A stretch of 64,000 nucleotides of DNA from Macrostomum lignano. Lineage: Eukaryota. The DNA is taken from NCBI GenBank assembly GCA_002269645.1, contig NIVC01000012.1, positions 1,612,001 to 1,676,000 on the forward strand, given 5' to 3'. This document shows, in pieces, positions 14,541 through 25,279 of this stretch (position 1 is the first letter of the stretch; every line of letters begins with the position of its first letter). The notes beneath the pieces are model-generated. The model had not been told where the DNA came from and did not search any database. It saw nothing but the letters and a program-made list of their open reading frames with translations. Position numbers and translations under genes: made by a program.

Positions 14541-15158
14541 GCCAGAGCCTTGCTCTGTTTATTAGTTATTATTCACTTCTTCGCTTATAAACAACCCCAT
14601 ATTATAAACACACGAGTCCTGAAAGCTTCAATGGATTTATGTATCTGTGTGAACGCTCGTATTAACCGTATCAAATGCTTATAACAGTCAGTGCAATGTC
14701 AGCGTGTTCTATGTTTGTCAAATTTCAAATTTGTTTGACATTGTCTGTCAGTAGGTGTAATAATCTCGTTTTTATAATCTCTATGTATATGTAATTTAGT
14801 GTAATAATATAAGTGAGCTATCTGGGATTATTTAAAAACTCTGTTACTAGTCCGACTCGCTTGCTATATGCTTGCTATATGCTATCTACATGAATATTAT
14901 GGAAGGTGTACACAGACCTATAAGTATGATTACTTGTTAAATAAGTTTTTTCCTTTGTACCTTGTAGCAGCAACTGCGATATTTTATCTATGGCTGTTAA
15001 TACTATTAAATTGCATGTTTTCATAAACAATATTCTCACAGAAAGATGCTTATTTTTATTGTCATAGAATTTCACTTTATTAGATTCTTGTTAACGAGCT
15101 GAGCTTAGTAATGAAAAGAATTGACTCAGCACACAATCTGACCATGGTAGTGACGAAT

Positions 15159-15467
15159 GGGGTTGTAGCCTAGTGGGTAGAGCGTCGGTCTCACGACTTG
15201 AAGGTCGGGGGTTCGATTCCCGGTCCCCCACTAAGAACAATCTGTGTATTTGAGCAAGTCACTTAACTCTGCATTGCTTCAGTTCACCCAGCTGTAAAAT
15301 GGGTGCCAGCATTAGCTGGGGTAATTGAGGGCGTGTGTGGCGACCCCTCCTCATCCTTGAACTGAACAGCCGTACGCAGCCTTCAGATGCGCCGCGCAAT
15401 TGCTGCGGCTGAGCTGTCGGTTGCACATCTGCCTATTATGGCAGTCAATCAATTATTATTATTATTA
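15159..15467 (+). mobile_element. tRNA-derived SINE with CORE-like central domain (copy 1)
   Basis: A box TAGCCTAGTGG, B box GGTTCGATTCC; body TGAGCAAGTCACTTAAC...CAGCTGTAAAATGGG resembles the MIR/CORE consensus; (ATT)n tail; second copy at 38361. Confidence 0.85.
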
Positions 15468-16009
15468 CATTAAGTGACGAAATTAAGCTTTCACAAATTT
15501 CAAAGATTTCTTGATAAATATTTTGCCGATATGTTGCGTAAATATTTTTATAATGTAGGATCGCATGTGGATGTTTTTATTGTGTTCTCCCCTACATTTT
15601 ATAGTTTTTTTAATCGGATAAAAAGTTTATATTTTCCTCAGCTCTGCTGTGTAGGACAGTGCTTGTAAATGAATATATAATCTTATAAAAAGGCGACAAA
15701 TGCAGTTGACATGTTTAATCTTTTTTTATTGAGCTCCTATATACGAGTAATATATTTATCGTCACAAAATACAATGTGCTTAAAGTCTGTGATTTCGCAG
15801 TTTTGTTATTAGTGTAGCTAATAATAATGGTAGTTTACAAGTATTATCAATTATTTTCGTTTTATTCACTGTTATGCAAAATATAGAAATTAAACTCTAC
15901 ACCCTTCCTGTCTTTGTAGCCACTCACTTCACTAAGATATCCCGAACTCCGCCTTACTAAACTACCCCCTTGACTTAACTGCAGGGCTGTCCCGGAGGGT
16001 AACTTATCT

Positions 16010-16660
16010 CCACCTCACCACCTTACCCCAACCTCACTCCCTTACCCCCACCTCAATTCCTTACGCCCACCTCACTCCCTTACCCCCACCTCAATTCCTT
16101 ACGCCCACCTCACCCCCTTACCCCCACCTCACCACCTTACCCCAACCTCACTCCCTTACCCCCACCTCAATTCCTTACGCCCACCTCACCCCCTTACCCC
16201 CACCTCAATTTCTTACGCCCACCTCACTCCCTTACCCCCACCTCAATTCCTTACGCCCACCTCACCCCCTTACCCCCACCTCAATTTCTTACGCCCACCT
16301 CACTCCCTTACCCCCACCTCAATTCCTTACGCCCACCTCACTCCCTTACCCCCACCTCAATTCCTTACGCCCACCTCACTCCCTTACCCCCACCTCAATT
16401 CCTTACGCCCACCTCGCTCCCTTACCCCCACCTCAATTCCTTACGCCCACCTCACTCCCTTACCCCCACCTCAATCCCTTACCCAACCTCACTTCCTTAT
16501 CCCCACCCCACTCCCTTACGCCCACCTCACTCCCTAACCCACACCTCACTCCCTAACCCACACCTCACTCCCTTACCCCCACACCTCACTCCCTTACCCT
16601 CACACCACTCCCTTACCCCCACCTCACTTCCTTACCCCCCACCTCACTCCATCAACTCAC
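16010..16660. repeat. C-rich 19-bp (38-bp dimer) minisatellite CCTTAC[C/G]CCCACCTCA[CTC/ATT]
   Basis: Direct inspection. Confidence 0.93.
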
Positions 16661-17119
16661 TAACTGCACTTGCCCATCATACCACACTCCTTTTTCCCCA
16701 TTTCTCTTTTCTCTTCATCAGTAATTCTGTGTACTTAGATTGCAATTTTTCCAACAAATTTAATCTTTGACTATCCCAGCTGAATTGCGTGGACGGTCTG
16801 GCTCGCATTCTAATAAATATTTTAGCCACTCAGTTTAATTTATCTTCTTTTTTAATCTTTTTATCTCTTTAGAAAAAACATTCTCCCACGAGATCTTGAG
16901 TGCTTTGCATAATTCTAGTCTTTAATGTCGATCGATTCTTGAATTTCTGCTTGCGTCCCAGATTCAGGGCAGACTTCTTTATGTCCATGATTTCTCTGAA
17001 TAGGAAGAAGACAGCTTTCTTCATTCAGCTTTTCAAGTGCAGCAAACCAAAGAACAGGTTTTCAATAAGCAAAAGCAGATTAATGAGAACGCGTAGAGTA
17101 GGCAATAACAGTTATAGTA

Positions 17120-17800
17120 GACAGGAACAGTTAGAGTAGACAGGAACAGGTAGAGTAGACAGGAACAGGTAGAGTAGACAGGAACAGTTAGAGTAGACAG
17201 GAACAGTTAGAGTAGACAGGAACAGTTAGAGTAGACAGGAACAGGTAGAGTAGACAGGAACAGTTAGAGTAGACAGGAACAGGTAGAGCATACAGGAACA
17301 GGTAGAGTAGACAGGAACAGGTAGAGCAGACAGGAACAGGTAGAGCAGACAGGAACAGGTAGAGCAGGCAGGAACAGGTAGAGCAGACAGGAACAGGTAG
17401 AGCAGACAGGAACAGTTAGAGTAGACAGGAACAGGTAGAGTAGACAGGAACAGGTAGAGCAGGCAGGAACAGGTAGAGCAGACAGGAACAGGTAGAGCAG
17501 ACAGGAACAGGTAGAGCAGACAGGAACAGGTAGAGCAGACAGGAACAGGTAGAGCAGACAGGAACAGGTAGAGCAGACAGGAACAGGTAGAGCAGACAGG
17601 AACAGGTAGAGTAGACAGGAACAGGTAGAGCAGACAGGAACAGTTAGAGCAGACAGGAACAGGTAGAGTAGACAGGAACAGGTAGAGTAGACAGGAACAG
17701 GTAGAGTAGACAGGAACAGGTAGAGTAGACAAGAACAGGTAGAGCAGACAGGAACAGGTAGAGCAGACAGGAACAGGTAGAGCAGACAGGAACAGATGAA
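17120..17800 (+). repeat. 19-bp minisatellite (GTAGAG[C/T]AGACAGGAACAG)n upstream of ISCA2
   Basis: Direct inspection. Confidence 0.95.
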
Positions 17801-17904
17801 GCAGAGAGACTGGACCAGGTACATTATGAGTAAGCATCGCATATGTAGAACCATAAAAAATGTGAAGTGTCAATCAAACGCAGCCCCCCTCACCACTCCG
17901 TCTC

Positions 17905-18390
17905 ATGCAGTCCCTAGCTGTCGCAGCCGCTGCCGCTGGCAGTAAAAAGCTGCTATTTCTGCAGCAGCAGAAATTAACACCTGTGTTTAACAGTATTTGT
18001 CGGCATTGGCTGTCTGACACGAATGCTGCTCAGTCATCGCAGCCGCCGATTCGCCTGACAGACGAGTGCTCACGCCGGCTCTCCGAGCTGCACCGGACTC
18101 AGGGCAGCCACCTGCGCGTCTTAGTTGAAGGCGGCGGCTGTTCCGGTTTCCAATACAAATTCTTGCTGGACGACTCCAGCTCTGGCGCTGCCGCCGATGA
18201 TTGCACTATTGAATGTCCCGACGGCGGCGGGGCGAAGGTCTTCATCGATGCCGACTCGTTGGAGCTGCTTCGCGGCTGCACGTTGGACTATCAGCGCGAA
18301 CTGATTAGGGAGGGCTTCAAGGTTGTGTCCAATCCGCAGGCTGAGAAGGGCTGCAGCTGCGGCTCATCCTTTGCTGCGCGGCTGGACTGA
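17905..18390 (+). CDS. ISCA2: Mitochondrial iron-sulfur cluster assembly 2 (HesB/A-type carrier), single exon, 161 aa
   Basis: LRVLVEGGGCSGFQYKF, FIDADSLELLRGCTLDYQRELIREGF and NPQAEKGCSCGSSF carry the three conserved Cys. The basic/hydroxylated N-terminus is presequence-like. Confidence 0.95.
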   Translation: MQSLAVAAAAAGSKKLLFLQQQKLTPVFNSICRHWLSDTNAAQSSQPPIRLTDECSRRLSELHRTQGSHLRVLVEGGGCSGFQYKFLLDDSSSGAAADDCTIECPDGGGAKVFIDADSLELLRGCTLDYQRELIREGFKVVSNPQAEKGCSCGSSFAARLD

Positions 18391-18429
18391 GCTGGGCTGG
18401 TGCGGCCTCCCGAGTCTCCCGTGTCTGCT

Positions 18430-19095
18430 CTCTCCCTCTCTCTCTCTTCTCTTTCTTCTCTCCCTCTCTCCCTCTCTCCCTCTCTCCCTCTCTCCCTCTC
18501 CCTTCTCTCCCTCTCTCTTCTCTTCCTTCTCTCCCTCTTTCCCTCTCTTCCTCTCTCCCTCTCCCTCTCTCCCTCTCCCTTCTCTTCCTCTCTCTCTCCC
18601 TTCTCTCCCTCTCCATTCTCTTCCTCTCCCTTCTCTTCCTCTCTTCCTCTCCCTCTCCATTCTCTTCCTCTCCCTTCTCTTCCTCTCTTCCTCTCCCTCT
18701 TTCCCCCCTCCCTTCTCTCCCTCTCCCTTCTCTCCCTCTCTCCCTCTCCCTTCTCTCCCTCTCCCTTCTCTTCCTCTCTCCCTCTCTCCCTCTCTCCCTC
18801 TCCCTTCTCTTCCTCTCTCCCTCTCCCTTCTCTCCCTCTCCCTTCTCTCCCTCTCTCCCTCTCCCTTCTCTCCCTCTCCCTTCTCTTCCTCTCCCTTCTC
18901 TTCCTCTCTTCCTCTCCCTTCTCTCCCTCTCTCCCTCTCCCTTCTCTCCCTCTCCCTTCTCTCCCTCTCCCTTCTCTCCCTCTCCCTTCTCTCCCTCTCC
19001 CTTCTCTCCCTCTCCCTTCTCTCCCTCTCTCCCTCTCCCTTCTCTTCCTTCTCTCCCTCTCTCTTCCTCTCTCCCTTCTTTTCTCTCTGCTGTCT
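18430..19095. repeat. Polypyrimidine (CT-rich) low-complexity tract right after the ISCA2 stop
   Basis: Direct inspection. Confidence 0.95.
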
Positions 19096-19699
19096 TTTCT
19101 TTCATCTTTCATCTTCAACGTCTCTTAAGTTCATTTTTTGTCATTTCTTATTATTTTATATTTCTTCCCCGTCATTAAAAAACCTCTTTTGTTTGCTAGT
19201 TAGTATGTCAACTTATCTTTCATCTTCCTATTATATAATAGCAACATACTGGCGTTTCATTCAGCAATTTGAATTTACCTATTCTCTGAATACTTCATTT
19301 TTGTTTTAACCAGTCAAGAACTTGCAGATCACACTTTCAAGATGAGCAACTGCAAACAACAAATTTCAAATTTACTTTCATTTACGCTATCAAAAACCAG
19401 ATTGGCTTATTCAGTTTCTGTTAATTCTCTGTCATTTGAGCAATGCTTCTTACGTGTTGCGTACATGTCATTGCTAAAAATTTCCCACTGTGAACTTCTA
19501 CGAGTAGTAACGTTGAAGCTCTGTGAAAAATCTATGAGAGCTTGTAAATACACTTGGTTGAGAATGTAGATTCTCGAATTTTAACTGAATTTTGCTTCAT
19601 CCATCTAACTAAGCCTTTCTACTTTTTCAATTTAATTATCTGCATTAGTATCTAAGTTTATTTTTTATGGATATTAGATCGATATGCATCAAAACTATA

Positions 19700-20160
19700 A
19701 TCCTCAGCCGATATGTATCGAAACTATATTCCATAGCCGATATGTATCGAAACTATATTCTACAGCCGATATGTATCGAAACTATATTCCACAGCCGATA
19801 TGTATCGAAACTATATTCCACAGCCGATATGTATCGAAACTATAGTCTACAGCCGATATGTATCGAAACTATATTCCACAGCCGATATGTATCGAAACTA
19901 TATTCCACAGCCGATATGTATCGAAACTATATTCTACAGCCGATATGTATCAAAACTATATTCCACAGCCGATATGTATCGAAACTATATTCCACAGCCG
20001 ATATGTATCGAAACTATATTCCACAGCCGATATGTATCGAAACTATAGTCTACAGCCGATATGTATCGAAACTATATTCCACAGCCGATATGTATCGAAA
20101 CTTTATTCCACAGCCGATATGTATCGAAACTATATTCTACAGCCGATATGTATCGAAATG
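19700..20160 (+). repeat. 29-bp minisatellite (CAGCCGATATGTATCGAAACTATATTCCA)n
   Basis: Direct inspection; each monomer holds the dyad CGATA-TG-TATCG. Confidence 0.95.
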
Positions 20161-20330
20161 CGCAAATACAGACAGATTATGCTACTGTGAAATTGATGCA
20201 TGACCGAAGTGATCCATCTGCGTTAGCGACTGTCTAGCAACCCCGGTTGTACACCCAGCCTCAGGCCCGGCGCTACCGGCATCCTACCAGGAGGAATATA
20301 GATTCCTCCCTCGAATCACACGGTACGATC

Positions 20331-20467
20331 ATGGCAAACTCGGGCGCCAGCGAGTTCTCCGTTGTTGACATCAACGACGAGCAGCCTAAGAAAGGCGTCT
20401 GCACAGTCTTCCTTAGCGATGCCGGCGTCAAGAAGAAGTCCAAGTCCGAGTTGAAACTAACGGCCGA
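20331..20467 (+). CDS. Small CS/p23-like (HSP20-fold) protein, exon 1
   Basis: ATG at 20331; canonical donor GA|GTGAGT at 20468 (phase 2). Confidence 0.75.
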
Positions 20468-20479
20468 GTGAGTGCTGAC

Positions 20480-20527
20480 TGACAGGCAGACAAGCGGACG
20501 GACAGACAGACAGACAGGCTGGCAGGC

Positions 20528-20568
<41 letters not shown>

Positions 20569-20963
20569 GGCTGGCAGGCAGACAGACAGGCAGACAGACA
20601 GACAGACAGGCAGACAGACAGACAGACAGACAGGCAGACAGACAGGCAGACAGACAGACAGGCTGACAGACAGACAGGCAGACAGACAGACAGGCAGACA
20701 GACAGACAGACAGGCAGACAGACAGACAGACAGACAGACAGGCAGACAGACAGAGAGACAGACAGACAGACAGACAGGCAGACAGACAGACAGACAGGCA
20801 GACAGACAGACAGACAGGCAGACAGACAGACAGGCAGACAGACAGACAGGCAGACAGACAGACAGACAGGCAGACAGACAGACAGGCAGACAGACAGACA
20901 GTCAGACAGACAGACAGGCAGACAGACAGACAGACAGGCAGACAGACAGGCAGACAGACAGGC

Positions 20964-21000
<37 letters not shown>

Positions 21001-21235
21001 GGCAGACAGACAGACAGACAGGCAGACAGACAGACAGACAGACAGACAGACAGGCAGACAGACAGACAGGCAGACAGACAGACAGACAGGCAGACAGACA
21101 GACAGACAGACAGACAGACAGGCAGACAGACAGACAGGCAGACAGACAGACAGACAGGCAGACAGACAGACAGACAGACAGACAGACAGGCAGACAGACA
21201 GACAGGCTGACAGACAGACAGACAGACAGACAGGC

Positions 21236-21268
<33 letters not shown>

Positions 21269-21279
21269 GGCAGACAGGC

Positions 21280-21312
<33 letters not shown>

Positions 21313-21487
21313 GGCAGACAGACAGACAGGCAGACAGACAGACAGACAGGCAGACAGACAGACAGACAGACAGACAGACAGGCAGACAGACAGACAGACA
21401 GACAGACAGGCAGACAGACAGACAGACAGACAGACAGACAGGCAGACAGACAGACAGGCTGACAGACAGACAGACAGACAGACAGGC

Positions 21488-21520
<33 letters not shown>

Positions 21521-21951
21521 GGCAGACAGGCAGACAGACAGACAGACAGACAGGCTGACAGACAGACAGACAGACAGACAGGCTGACAGACAGACAGACA
21601 GACAGGCTGACAGACAGACAGACAGACAGGCTGACAGACACACAGACAGACAGGCTGACAGACACACAGACAGACAGGCTGACAGACACACAGACAGACA
21701 GGCTGACAGACAGACAGACAGACAGACAGGCTGACAGACAGACAGACAGACAGGCTGACAGACAGACAGACAGACAGGCTGACAGACAGACAGACAGACA
21801 GGCTGACAGACACACAGACAGACAGGCTGACAGACACACAGACAGACAGGCTGACAGACACACAGACAGACAGGCTGACAGACAGACAGGCTGACAGACA
21901 GACAGGCTGACAGACAGACAGGCTGACAGACAGGCTGACAGACAGACAGGC

Positions 21952-21984
<33 letters not shown>

Positions 21985-22055
21985 GGCAGACAGACAGACA
22001 GGCAGACAGACAGACAGACAGACAGACAGACAGGCAGACAGACAGACAGACAGGC

Positions 22056-22096
<41 letters not shown>

Positions 22097-22271
22097 GGCA
22101 GACAGACAGACAGGCAGACAGACAGACAGACAGGCAGACAGACAGACAGACAGACAGACAGACAGGCAGACAGACAGACAGGCAGACAGACAGACAGACA
22201 GGCAGACAGACAGACAGACAGACAGGCAGACAGACAGACAGGCTGACAGACAGACAGACAGACAGACAGGC

Positions 22272-22304
<33 letters not shown>

Positions 22305-22860
22305 GGCAGACAGGCAGACAGACAGACAGACAGACAGGCTGACAGACAGACAGACAGACAGACAGGCTGACAGACAGACAGACAGACAGGCTGACAGACA
22401 GACAGACAGACAGGCTGACAGACACACAGACAGACAGGCTGACAGACACACAGACAGACAGGCTGACAGACACACAGACAGACAGGCTGACAGACAGACA
22501 GACAGACAGACAGGCTGACAGACAGACAGACAGACAGACAGGCTGACAGACAGACAGACAGACAGGCTGACAGACAGACAGACAGACAGGCTGACAGACA
22601 CACAGACAGACAGGCTGACAGACACACAGACAGACAGGCTGACAGACACACAGACAGACAGGCTGACAGACAGACAGGCTGACAGACAGACAGGCTGACA
22701 GACAGACAGGCTGACAGACAGGCTGACAGACAGACAGGCTGACAGACAGACAGGCTGACAGACAGACAGACAGACAGACAGACAGGCTGACAGACAGACA
22801 GACAGACAGACAGACAGGCTGACAGACAGACAGACAGACAGACAGACAGGCTGACAGACA
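20480..22860 (+). repeat. 2.4-kb intronic (CAGA)n/CAGG/GGCTGA microsatellite
   Basis: Direct inspection; fills intron 20468..22958. Confidence 0.97.
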
Positions 22861-22958
22861 CTAATACAGACATTCGTCCAAAGAAACGCACAATAAATGC
22901 AGTAAACTGTCCCAAACTACTCTCGCATATCTCAATGCTCCGCTACCGCACTACGCAG

Positions 22959-23151
22959 CTCTGTTCACGTGACGGTGCAGGCGGACGCGGACAAGAGCCT
23001 GGAGTTCCGGGTGAAGAAGCTGCCCGGCGAGATAGTGGAGGGCGGCACCAAGCTGAAGCTTTCGGACGGGAAGGTCACCCTCACCATAAAGAAGAAGGAG
23101 GCCAAGAGCTGGGCCGCCTACGCCTCAGACAACTTGGAGTGCGGCGACTGA
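22959..23151 (+). CDS. Small CS/p23-like protein, exon 2 (109 aa in total)
   Basis: Acceptor CTACGCAG|C is phase 2; the exons sum to 330 nt. LEFRVKKLPGEIVEGGTKLKLSDGKVTLTIKKKEAKSW resembles the CS-domain C-terminal half (L...I....S......K+.+.L+K....W). Confidence 0.75.
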
Positions 23152-23534
23152 CTTGAACGGGTTGGGTAAGCCAAGCCTCGAACAAACAGTTATGAATTAT
23201 TAATTTGTACTGAGCACCATTTGCTCTAATTGCAATGATCTCTGCGCTGTTATTCGGTTTGTTTTGCTAAGCTATATAAGATATTCATATACAGCTGCTG
23301 TCGCGTGTTTATTTTATACTACTTATTCACCGTTGATATTGAGTAGTATAAATGCCTATTTAGTAGACTTTATAAATAAAATTATAATTATAGTCATTTA
23401 TTTATTGACGTCTAAAATAAAAATGTCACGGTTACCCTGTTAGTAGGTTTAAATACTATTTTATCTTTTTTTGCACAAAAGTTCGTAGCAAGAATGAAAT
23501 AAAATAATTGGTTATTACACCAATGGTTATTACC

Positions 23535-24000
23535 CTTTGTCTCCCCTGACACCCTCTGTCCCCTCTGACGCCCTTTGTCCCCTCTGACACCCTCTGTCCC
23601 CTCTGACACCCTTTGTCCCCTCTGACACCCTCTGTCCCCCCTCCGACACCCTCTGTCCCCTCCGACACCCTCTGTCCCCCCTGACGCCCTCTGTCCCCTC
23701 TGATGCCCTCTGTCCCCTCCGACGCCCTCTGTCCCCTCTGACACCCTCTGTCCCCTGACGCCCTCTGTCCCCTCTGACACCCTTTGCCCCCCCCTGACAC
23801 CCTTTGTCCCCTCACACCCTTTGTCCCCTCTGACACCCTCTGTCCCCCCTCCGACACCCTCTGTCCCCTCCGACACCCTCTGTCCCCCCTGACGCCCTCT
23901 GTCCCCTCCGACGCCCTCTGTCCCCTCTGACACCCTTTGCCCCCCCTGACGCCCTTTGTCCCCTCTGACACCCTCTGTCCCCTCTGACGTCCTCTGTCCC
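23535..24000. repeat. ~19-bp minisatellite (GACACCCTCTGTCCCCTCT)n
   Basis: Direct inspection. Confidence 0.92.
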
Positions 24001-24769
24001 TTTGAGAGAGCGCAGTAAATTCCAGCTCAGTATTGACTTTTGAGTGACGCAACTCGCGCCACGCGACGCAGAGTTGGGCTGGGTGAGGAGGGATTGGGAA
24101 GAGCGGAGGGCGAAGAATGGATGGATTGAAGCTGTCGGTTTTAATATCAAAATGGTTGGCCAAGTGATAGACGCTGGTCGAAAGACACTGCTCACTGGGG
24201 CAAAGGGTGGCGACTTTTCAATGTTATAAAGCGATAAAAAACTGTTGGTAGACAAAAAGCAGTCTGAGCACTTTAAGAGTTTTATTTTGAGTAAAACGAA
24301 ACAAAAAAGTTCAATAAAACTCTGAAAGCGCAGATTATGTACCACAAACTACAGTAAATCTGTAATTGCAGGGTTTTTTTACAATAAATACATGCTTAAC
24401 TTAAATCTCAAAAAGTTTTGAGCGTCTGGTGAGCTAGACTCTTTATTACATACCGCAAATCGCGATACATGATTACATAATCGCATGTGTATGTACATGT
24501 CGCAAAAACAGAGAGATCTAACGACTAACTTTCAACCAAGGACAGCTCGTTTCCCGGGTCCCGAGTTTTTTAGTTGTCCTTTGCTTTCAAATCCTCAGTG
24601 GGAAATCAGGGAAATCACAAGCTTCTGAAAACTTGCTTTTCATTGTCTATGGTCAAAATGCCATGCCCAGTTGTTTTATTTTGCCAATTGGATTTCACAG
24701 ACTTTTGGGCCATAGACAATAAAAAGGAGGTCTTCGTATGAAATAATCTCACTGATAACCCCGTGATAC

Positions 24770-25232
24770 GAGTGGAAAACCTCACTGATAAGGCCCCGAT
24801 AAGCTGAGTGGAAAACCTGACTGATAAGGCCCTGATAAGCTGAGTGGAAAACCTGACTGATAAGGCCCTGATAAATTGAGTGGAAAACCTGACTGATAAG
24901 GCCCCGATAAGCTGAGTGGAAAACCTGACTGATAAGGCCCTGATAAGCTGAGTGGAAAACCTGACTGATAAGGCCCTGATAAGCTGAGTGGAAAACCTGA
25001 CTGATAAGGCCCTGATAAGCTGAGTGGAAAACCTGACTGATAAGGCCCTGATAAGCTGAGTGGAAAACCTGACTGATAAGGCCCTGATAAGCTGAGTGGA
25101 AAACCTGACTGATAAGGCCCTGATAAATTGAGTGGAAAACCTCACTGATAAGGCCCCGATAAGCTGAGTGGAAAACCTGACTGATAAGGCCCTGATAAGC
25201 TGAGTGGAAAACCTGACTGATAAGGCCCTGAT
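24770..25232. repeat. 36-bp minisatellite (CTGACTGATAAGGCCCTGATAAGCTGAGTGGAAAAC)n
   Basis: Direct inspection. Confidence 0.95.
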
Positions 25233-25279
25233 AGGAATGGAAAACCTCCCTGAACGATCGGCCCAGCTCCAGTCGCAGG

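Noticed and set aside
15159-15232. Functional tRNA gene
   Set aside because: The anticodon arm pairs poorly, it continues into a CORE-like body and tail, and the second copy has a different anticodon-loop sequence; it is a SINE head.
18291-19309. Long RE/GR-rich and SL/P-rich ORFs
   Set aside because: Translations of a CT microsatellite overlapping the ISCA2 3' end; no coding signal.
20273-22915. 880/730/523-aa SVCL-repeat ORFs
   Set aside because: Antisense readings of the intronic (CAGA)n tract.
24044-24229. 61-aa ORF in a GC-richer island
   Set aside because: No recognisable motif or splice partners on either strand.
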